Below, piece after piece: positions 54,797-64,000 of a DNA stretch of 64,000 nt. The notes beneath the pieces were generated by a model. That model saw only the letters and a list, made by a program, of their open reading frames with translations. It ran no database searches and was not told where the DNA came from. Made by a program: the position numbers and the translations under genes. Location of the stretch: positions 3,159,826-3,223,825 of the forward strand of contig BDGG01000002.1 in NCBI GenBank assembly GCA_001949185.1, in the 5' to 3' direction. Position 1 is the first letter of the stretch. The number at the start of each line of letters is the position of its first letter. Origin of the DNA: Ramazzottius varieornatus. Its lineage: Eukaryota > Animalia > Tardigrada.

Positions 54797-56256
54797 AACG
54801 TTTCGTAGCTAGTTCGAGTTGCAGTTCTAGTTTCTTCAGTTCACAATCGCGTACTTCTTTTCCTTCTTCTCGGTCTTTTTCTCTCTGGGTTGTTTTCGAG
54901 TTGTCTTTGTTGTCGACGTTCCTCTCGTTCCTCGTCGGCAATTTTTCCTGCCAGCTCTAGCTTTTCTCCCAGTAAGGGTTTCTTTTCCACTCTAGCAAGC
55001 TGATCCTTCGTGCTAGTTTGTAGATCTTCGGCGATGGTCAGCGATTTCTGTGGAGTTTTGCTGTTCTTCTCAGGATATCCTGACACTCTTGGTTGCGGAG
55101 TAGACTTGACTGAGCTAGGACGACTACGGGGTAAACAGCAAAGTTGGCAGGCATGCGAGGCTTTCCAGGTCAAATGCGTTGGCTTTCGCTCATCCAGATC
55201 TTGAATCTGAACAAATGAAAGCTTGACAAGCAAACTTGACAGGATTCTATTCCAAACGGCGCTTTCTTGGTTAATAATACTGCAAGCGTGCGCCACTTGG
55301 GAAAAGAACTGGGTCGAGTCTGTTTGTCGAGTTTTCATTTGTTCACGGGTCCGCAATCAGACGTTCCGAACGAGCGGTAGGCAAAACGTTCGACCTACAT
55401 CTCCAATATGCCAAACAACTCCGCTGTTACCCCGTAATGAGCTGAGATGTGGCAACAGGAGAAACATCCTCGGGAAACTCCAGAAGTCGACTTCCGGTTT
55501 TGAAGCGTTGTACGTTATAGGGCCACTTGCTTCGTTTTATTCTTCTTCGTCCTCCGAGACTTTCTCTTCAGCCGACGTTCTCAAGGTATCTGAAGTGTGT
55601 GGTGGTTCCATGGAAGCTCGGTCAGCGAAGACAGAGGACGCAACCTGAACCAGTATGGGCAGAAACTGAGTACAATACCTGCAAATATTAATGTATTGCA
55701 ATATCGTAATAAGTCGCGTATGACAAAGTCAATACCCCTTTCATTTCTTATAGCCTGATCTGACGTCACAAACTGCGCCAGTTGATCGAGGTGAGAATTT
55801 ACCTTGGTTTTTAGCGTCCTCCATTTTCTCCTCAATAGGTATGTCAAGATCAGGATTGCCGCAGCCAGACCCAGTGGATTTTAGAAAGACTATTGCCGCC
55901 TTGTATTCCTTCTCCAAGTGAAGGAGCTTGTTCTTGATTGTCGTACTATCTCGGTGAACGCCAAGCTGGCCCAAGTGAACGGATATCTTGCGGTGCACTG
56001 CAGCCTTTGTCGTTCCGGTCGTCGCCATCTTTCCCGTCGCGGTGTTCTTCTTTCCTGCTTCCTTATACAGTAGATAGTTGGTGGGATCTTCGATCCACTG
56101 AACCAAATGCTCTTCCTCGCCAGGCATCCACACTCCATAGTTGCGCGGTTGCGAGTTGTCTGAGGCATGCTCTCTGACTGCTCGTGGCTTGCGAGACTTC
56201 TTCGCTGGTGTTTGACTCGTCCCCACGTCGGTAGCTACTTCTTTGCGTCTTCCCAT
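54744..56256 (-). pseudogene. Harbinger accessory Myb/SANT-like DNA-binding protein
   Basis: WMPGEEEHLVQW...ISVHLGQLGVHRDSTTIKNKLLHLEKEYK..TGSG, with a C-terminal charged coiled-coil split over frames. Confidence 0.75.
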
Positions 56257-56675
56257 AGTCAGAGCTGTGAGACGGAAGTCAGAATTCGTAACCTGTAGGA
56301 AATGTGCGCAGGAGGAGAGAAGAGCTCAAACAGAAAAGCAGGGAACGATTGGTAAATACAAATAGAAATCGAAATTTCGAGGCGGGCGTGCAAGAGATAA
56401 ATGGATTTCACTTGCAAGAAAAGCACCTCGAGGGCTGCTTTTCCCGTTAGCGAAATTCGGAAAGTTGCTTTCTACATCAACGCAATCAAAACAGTTCTGC
56501 AAGCAAGACTGAAAACCCCTAATATAAAGCACAAACTATCAAACACCAACCAGCAGAAGAGAACTAAGTTTTCCGTAGTTCCATTCGCACCACAAAATAT
56601 TCCTTCAAACTCTGCAAGTCCTGTTGAATCCGATAGAATTCGCCGCGCCGTCGAGTTTTTACACATTTGGAGCGA

Positions 56676-57654
56676 CAGTGATGTTCTAATATAGTAATAT
56701 TTTATTAAAGTAGATGATAGGAGATGGTTTCAGAATCTACTATATTTTGTAATATTTAGTAAACAGCACTGGACATCGAAACTCAATATCAACATTTTAG
56801 TAGTTTGAAACTATTCTATTACTATCAAGATGCTTATCACCTGGTTTTGAAATATATTTTAATACCCGTAACACTACCGCTGATTCGAAGAATCGGTTGG
56901 TTTGCTAAATTCTGATGCGTGTGCGCTGGTTAATGGTTATGCGGCGACGACCTATAGCTATAGGAAAAGGCAGCGCACTATACCAGCTGTACAATCTCGC
57001 TCTGAGTGGCTAGCACATCTGACGTCAAGCAAGTGATTCCCATAGTGCGCGCATGCTTTCTCCCGGTGCGCAGTGTGCGCTCCGCCCCATTTCAGAAAAG
57101 ACTGAGAATGTGGGACTGCCTTTTCGTATAGCTATAGTACGACCACGCCTCACGAAGTGCACCAGATCCTAATGATGCTACCACACCAGGACGGAAGGGC
57201 TAATGCAGATGCATACGCGTACACCATGCACCCACACATAGCGCGACACTAAACCGCCATGTCGCAGAGTGCAGGTGCACGGTGCAAGCTGTAGTACAGG
57301 TGTCCTCTTTTGTCCTCTAGCTTGTTAGAGTGCCCCGGGCCGCCGCCGCGAGCAAAACCTACAGTTTTTAACCTACAGTGTTTCTCCAAACATTTTTGAT
57401 TCTTCGAGTAAATATTTAGTAGGGCTTCTGCTGACACAGATGCCTCTGATACCGTGTGCTAAAATCTACTGGTGAGCTCGCCGTTATTAAAATATATTTT
57501 AATACCAAACCCACAGGAGTTCTACTATTGTAATATTTCATTAAATCAGGAAGAGGTTTTACTATAGCAATTGCAAGTTATTGAGCCTTCGGTGGACGGC
57601 GGATGTATATTTTTATTATATTAAATGCCATAATAATATATTAGAAGATCACTA
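56676..57654. mobile_element. AT-rich MITE remnant containing a nested element
   Basis: Ends CAGTGATGTTCTAATATA / TATATTAGAAGATCACTA. Internal direct repeats (TCTACTAT..TGTAATATTT; AAATATATTTTAATACC). No clear TSD. Confidence 0.55.
56953..57136. mobile_element. Small nested TIR element with TAT...ATA ends
   Basis: TATAGCTATAGGAAAAGGCAG / CTGCCTTTTCGTATAGCTATA. ACGACC occurs on both flanks (offset by 2 nt on the right). Confidence 0.65.
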
Positions 57655-57673
57655 AGTGGACTGTACCTCGGTT

Positions 57674-58321
57674 TAGTGCTTGGATAAAGATGATATATCG
57701 TATCTTATCAAAATGTATCACATCACAGTGATTCGATATGACAAAGATACCATATCGAAATATCGATATGGAGGGAATATCGCTGAGCGGAAAATGATAA
57801 ATGAAAATATCATATCGCGGTATATCGATATATTTCTGATATATCGATAAATCGCAAACTCGCACTTGACAATCGGAACTTCGGAAGTCAATACTTCGGT
57901 TCGGTAGCGCGCAGGCAGCGCAGCCTCGTCCGTAATGTGTCGCGCACATGGATCCAAGCTGACTTCGCAGAAGTGAACAGTCAGCGTACCTAGATGCTTA
58001 ACGACAGACTCTCATAGACTGAGCAACGAACACACTCGCGTACACGAAGACATCTGACTTTTGTTCTGACTCGAACGTAGTGAACGACAGCTGTTTGGTT
58101 TCCCTTTGGCTCTTTCTTGATCTCGATAGTTTCAAACAAGGTACTGGCTTGATATAGCGATATATTACTGCAATTAAATTTGATATATCAACAATAAAAT
58201 ATCAGAGACGTATCATATCGAAACATCGATACGTGGTTGATATCTAAAACAAAATGTAAATATTGAAAGATATTTATCAAAAAATATCATATCGTATTTT
58301 ATTGTATTTATCCCAGCACTA
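57674..58321. mobile_element. hAT-like MITE with GATAT/ATATCG arrays
   Basis: TIRs TAGTGCTTGGATAAA / TTTATCCCAGCACTA. 8-bp TSD CCTCGGTT / CCTCGGCT. Confidence 0.82.
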
Positions 58322-60046
58322 CCTCGGCTGATAGCCTTCGTTGAATAGCACAACTCAGAGCTGGCGTTTATCTAAATATGCCCGTTTGGTTTAGCTAAAA
58401 GGGCGTTGTGACTGGGTGGTCGCCGTAAACAAGCTCCGCCTACAGCTAAAAGAACTGAACTCGTCCATTTAGCTAAACGGAGCCCATTAAAGCTCTCGCG
58501 TTTTTTTTAAGTCTCACAATTCTCAAGCCACAGATCATCGCGTTGTATCGACAGCTTTTCTTGCGCTAGTCACGACGAACGCTCGAAACTGATGCGCAAT
58601 AACGCGAGCCGCAGCTCGCAGGTTAAACAGTGCAACTTCAGTTTACTGCAACCAAAGGAAAATTATTACCTGCGTCCAGTTAAGTCCACTGGGAATCTGC
58701 TTCGCGGATTGCAGCGGAAGCGAATTCAATTCAGTCACATAACAGTCTAACAGACTTGTACGGTCCACTGCAACACGAAAGTTGGAAAATCTTGCAGTGG
58801 CGCCGATAAAACTGCTTTTTTCCCACCTTTCGAATTCTTCACCAGTACGTCTGTTTTTGCGAAATCTTTGCGGATGGTTCATCTCTGGTTTTTTTATTAT
58901 CGAGCCGATTCAAGCGTAGTGCTACCCGTGTTCAGGGTGTTTCTCGGATTTTCGGACCTCCCGAAGACCATTCGAGAGGGGATGATCAAAAATATTTGGA
59001 GTTATCGTATCTTGACGTGACATCCGTAATTATAAGAGGGCTTAAATTTACGTACTCGGGCCTGACCGGCCAATCTCAATGTCGATTGGTGCGTTTATTT
59101 ATGCTAACGGAGCCTCCGTTACGTTAAACGCTAAATCTGAGTTGTGCTAATGATTGCCCAGTTTTGTTCTACTACCGTATAAATCTTCGCCGTGCCTGCA
59201 GCTGTCAGTACAGTACTACCTATGCATAGCTGTTCTTGGCAAGTTTCCCGTTCTTGTAGATAGGTTGCATTGTTCTTGCCGAACCAGGTAGTGCGTAACA
59301 GCAAACTTTGCCTCGATGAAGAGAAAACCTGGTGATTTTCCCGAAATTTCAACCGATGAGTAACAATACGGGACTCTGACTGCGCGGCTTTATGATATTG
59401 CATTTCGTATCCCCGTAAACCTGAACATTGTCCTGTCAAATTTGCTCAAAGTCGTTTGACCAACGGCAAAGTAAGTAACTTCTTGAGGTATCATGCATTG
59501 GGTTCATATCATACTTCAGAAACGTTGAAAATCGACAACCAGAGACAGAGGCTAGCCGTTGAGAGCGTGCCATGGACTGTACGGCACGCCCCTGGCGTCT
59601 AAACGGGAAGTTCTCCGTATGTTGATCAGTGTGGGATCAGTGTGTGACACATTAAGTTGCCACCGCAGGATGGAAGTTCGACTGTAGCTAAAATGAGCTG
59701 CAACGTCACTCATAAGCGCAGCAGCCGATCTTTGGTTTGAATAGTTGGGCATCCACCATGCTTCCCAATGCTAGCTAACCATAACTCCTATTGCGCTATT
59801 TTTCGAAAATAAGGGGAGCTCCGGAAAGCAAAATATAGTTACACGTTACGAAAGGGGCGGGGCAAGGCCGTTGCTGCAGTTGCAAAGTGAACCGAAGTGA
59901 CAGCTTAATCTCTGTAGTGTCTTTCATGATTTCTTCTTTCGTGTTATTGCAGTGCTGAGTGCTCACTCCCGAGTCCTGAAATCAAGCTCTCGTCAGCAGA
60001 TTCTTTTATTAACGGGAGGGCTCAGGGCCGGTGTGGCTGTAAGGAC

Positions 60047-62279
60047 ATGACTGACCAGTCGTTGCTGACAGCTGATCGTCTGGTCCAAACCGCGTTCGAT
60101 TTCTGCGAAACGAAGTTGAGCCAGAATCGCACTCTTCGTCTGGCTGCTGACGAATGGACCAATTTTGCTGCAGTCGTACTCTCCTGTCGTGCTCCTCTTC
60201 TTGCGGGCGATTCTGCAGCTTGTCAAATTTTCCAAGAGGATGAAACCCGCAATGAAACATCGCCTGCTTCGCCCGACTTGGATTCCTGTGCCAGACCGGA
60301 AGTGGAGACAACTGACTGTGAAAAGAGTTGCAACAAAGCTTTCATCACCGTCGTATCGTTCGCTACCGGAACGCGGTGTCTCGGTCAAAGTAGGCTGTCA
60401 TCTTCCGGAGACGTCGTAAATGATAGCCATGCAGAAGTGCTTGCTCGGAGGGGATTCTTGAGGCAGGTAACGAACTGACGTCTTGTCCCAGTGTTTCGTT
60501 GATCGGAGGGTGACGTCACGAACGCTATTCTGGCTGTGACTCAGAGCTTTCTGACGTCCTGCGTTGCTCAGTGGTCTCGTTACTTTTCTCTGTTAACCGT
60601 TCATTGTGACTACCAAGCGCGAAACGTCACTCACTTTTCGCTTTTTGCTCTTGCAGATTTCTGTATGCTGAAGTTTCAAAAGCATTCAGCGAAGAAAGCG
60701 AGATTCTGGAAGCGCTTTCTGGCGGTCGAAGACGGTTTCGACTAAAAGCGGATGTGAAGTGCCACATGGTCATCAGTCACACTCCATGTAAGGCATTGTA
60801 GGCGACTCTAATCCCTTAATTTTTTTGTGCTGATTTCTCGACATGTCGACTAAACTGACCGTTGCTTTGCAGGTGGGGATGCTTCTATATTTCCGGTAAC
60901 CGACGAAGACAGGGTTGTGAATCGCAAACGGAAGAATGTCCAGAACAGCCAAAGCGAAAGAACGAAGAGAAAGAAACACGAAAACTCCAAATCCGAAGAT
61001 GGAATTCTTTCCGATGATCTCCCCAAAGAAGACGTTCATCGAACAGGGGCCAAATGTGTGCCCGAGGGGAGCCAGGACTCCAGAGAAGAAGGAACGGGGT
61101 ACCACGCCATAGGGGCTTTGCGGACAAAGCCTGGTCGAGGCGATCGAACGCTGTCGATGTCCTGTTCGGATAAGATTCTCAAATGGAACCATCTCGGAGT
61201 TCAAGGCGCACTACTCAGTCGGCTCGTCGAACCTGTCTACCTCGACTCCATCCTTTTTGGCAAGTACGGATTCTCTTGGGTGCTCGTCTTGGAAAATTCT
61301 GCGGCAGATAGATGGGACGTGGGCAAAGTGCACTATACCAGATCGTGTTTCAAGTGGCGCACACTTCCAGCTAGTAACGATCAAAACGTGCGCCACATGG
61401 GACAATTATTCGGTTTGGTTCATTTGCCCATGTCTTAGTGATGGACTTTCTTCTGTTTATGACAGATGTCCGTTTGACTGTGATGGTGTAAGAAGAAGTT
61501 TAGTTAAACGCGGAGTGGAGAATTTTTCGGAAAAAGATTCGAGTAGCTTTCGAAGGAAGGAGCCGCATATCGAGCAAAGTAGGGTATTGTTCCCGTGTGG
61601 AAAGCATGAAGCTGACTTGGCGGAAACTGTGAAACGACCGTGTCCGAAAAGTGAGTCCTAATGTCAGTGGAAAGTGATGAGTTCAGGTTATACTTCAGTT
61701 TGTTGGCTGAGGCATGCAGTGTTCAACTTTTTTGGATGTTCGTAGGTGTGGTTTGGTACCAGACGGATGACGGTGGTTGTTTGGAAGTGCTCGTAGACGG
61801 GAGGAAACAAGGCACGTCCAAGAATAACATTTCGTCTCCCAAAACACGGTAGGCTTGTGCAAAAACAGCTTGCATAGAAAGTGTTCTTTCAAACCACGAT
61901 TGTAATGTACGAGTATATCACTGCGACCATAGTTGGGCTATTTCCATGCTTTTATGGGATTTGCTGATGGTTTGATTACAGGTCGATGGTGTGCAAGAAA
62001 GAACTTTTCCGCTGCTTCCAAGATGTGTTATTGAAGATTTCAAAGGACGAGGATAATGCCTTATCGTTTACGTCACAAGAAACGGTGAATAAACCACACA
62101 TGTATGATGAAGCAAAAAGAAAGGCGAATGCCGCCTACTTTCTGTATCGAGAGAAATTTATGGATAGTTTTCCGGGCTGGACCACAAAGCCAAAATATCA
62201 TTTCCTTGTCGAAGATATCCTGGAAAAATCTTTCGCAAGCACAAAAATTGTTACTGACGGAATGAAGCCAAGCCAGTAA
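60047..62279 (+). CDS. ADAT1: tRNA-specific adenosine deaminase 1 (A37), multi-exon
   Basis: No dsRBD. Motifs [85 protein letters not shown] and FPGWTTKP. Confidence 0.93.
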
Positions 62280-64000
62280 CCGTATAAACCAGTTTCATGC
62301 ACTAAAAAGTCCCCGTGGGTGGTCCGGCAGGGTTTTTTCCTACGAGTTGCACTGTGGGTAGGAGGTGACTAGGGTGGCTAGGAGGTCTCGCTTCTGCGTG
62401 AGGGCTATCCGAGTAATCTGATCTTCGGTGACAAGGGCTGATTTTTCGATCAGCACGACCCTTTCGCGGAAGTGCATACAGGCAGGTTTCGAGCTACATG
62501 GAGCCGGCACCCATAAGGAATGTATCGTTCCGAGCTCCTTGCCGTGACCGAACTTGAAGGTGGAGGTACAGTACTATCGGGCACCAAATCCCGATCCGTG
62601 CATTACAGGTCAAGTTCGATCTGCCAGGGTGTAAAGAAATCAACACTGACACACTCTGGTGTGAGAAATTGCTCTCGGGTGCCTCCAGCTATCCTGTGTA
62701 GTCGAACCAAGACGGAACCCTTTTGCTAGAAGCGCAAACTGTTTCAATGTCTAGCCGTACTACTACTCATGAAAATGGCGGTTCACTGGATGGCGTGCTG
62801 TTCTGTAAACAGTACCCGGTCGTTCGCAGTCCGTGACTTACCTTCTTGGGGTTGTTTTCCATAGTAGAGTTTTGAGGGGTTGAACCAAGTGATACCTTCT
62901 GATGTAAGACGAAAACTGGGTGTCAGATATTGAGTAAGCGTTTCGAGCATGCATGCTGCAGACCGGTGGCATTCGAGAAGGAGATTCACACTGCAGAATA
63001 GAGACTGGTCCCCGGTGATGGTGTAGAACTTCTTCTCTTCATGACCAGCGACGGCGGGAGAACTGTTGATGTGGTACCCGACCGTGCATGTGGGACATTC
63101 ATTATCCCACAGGTGAAGCGTTCCCCATCGATAAACTACGAATCCCTGCGCTTTCTAATTATAAGCCTAGGTCTTGAGAAGCGAAGCTGAAATTTGGGGT
63201 TTACGTCTTCTTGACTTTCGCAGCGGTAGGTTTTCCATGGACACGTCGTGTTTGGTCTTGATGCTTTCTGTTCAACGAACACCGATTGCTCATTTCACAT
63301 GTGTCGACATCGAATAAGATGGCCCTACCAGCAGAACAAACAAAGATCGCAAATGGCCGTCGCCGTTAACTGAGTATGCATGTCGCCTCGTCCGTAATGA
63401 GAAAGGCTGGATGATTTAAGTCGCCAGCCTGTAACATTACCAGCAAAAGGGCTGCATAATCTCCAGAATTCCTTTCGTGGTTTAACCGGCTTTCCCCACT
63501 TGTAAACAGCCAGGTTGTCGAATGCCGCCATTGGATACATGTCTGAAACATGGGAACATGTCAAAAGGCGGGATTGTATCACACTCGCTCATATGGCCCA
63601 TAAGTTGACTCGTCCCCAGTCCGAAATCCGATATTTTTTCTCCGTCCGTTGCAATTTGACACAAGGTATGAGAACGCCCTGACCTTGTTTTATCATCCAA
63701 AAATTGCACTATGGGACGAAACGCAATGTTTGCCGTATGAACAAGCCCTGCATCTGATTAATCCAGGCTAGCGCTTTGCGGCATACTGTATTTTCTTAGA
63801 ATGGACCAGTGACGTCAATTTGATCAACACTGTCACCGAGCAATAAAAACCAGAACGAAATTAGCTCATGGCGATCCGCATTGTTTTGGTGGGAAACGAC
63901 AGGAACTCTTACTGACACCACAGACAAGCCTAATCCTCGCCTACCGTTTGTATGTATCGTTCTTGTGCTAATACGGAATACCGATATCGTACTAAGCTCG

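Larger units (their letters stand above)
53288..56520. mobile_element. PIF/Harbinger (PHIS) DNA transposon, full length, decayed
   Basis: TIRs AGGGGTCTTCAGTCTTGCTTGCAAAACT / AGTTCTGCAAGCAAGACTGAAAACCCCT, a 3-bp TSD AAT (53285-53287, 56521-56523), and two convergent ORFs. Confidence 0.9.

Noticed and set aside
62400-63720. Short - strand ORFs near the window end
   Set aside because: Could be a degraded or lineage-specific gene, but no motif or coherent exon chain could be supported.

Overview
Eukaryotic (animal) genomic DNA with compact genes, many short GT-AG introns and two 50-N assembly gaps. The gene content and intron sizes suggest a compact invertebrate genome, possibly a eutardigrade; this is inference. 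Host genes, in order: a 5'-truncated ANF/natriuretic-peptide-receptor-like single-pass receptor with a very short tail and no cyclase (+), NAA50 (+), an STK32/YANK kinase (-), an HtrA2/Omi protease (-), an ADAR2-like deaminase with one dsRBD (-) head-to-head with a divergent PRMT5 (+), serine palmitoyltransferase LCB2 (+), a nicotinic acetylcholine receptor alpha subunit (+), an MFSD6-like transporter (-) and ADAT1 (+). Intergenic DNA and some introns hold many non-autonomous DNA transposons (hAT-, Mutator-, Tc1/pogo- and IS3EU-like, several with readable TIRs and TSDs), a decayed APE-RT LINE, and a full-length but decayed two-ORF PIF/Harbinger element. The most notable observations are: (1) a hAT element copy that has captured 175 bp of a host exon from a sibling insertion 18 kb away, with the junctions still readable; (2) an ADAR2-like enzyme whose base-flipping loop reads AGMGG instead of SGEGT; (3) a PRMT5 with altered active-site motifs sharing a promoter region with that ADAR; (4) an NPR-C-like cyclase-less receptor; (5) a GC-AG intron in ADAT1 that competes with an out-of-frame GT donor. 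Exon coordinates were read by eye and may be off by a few bases.
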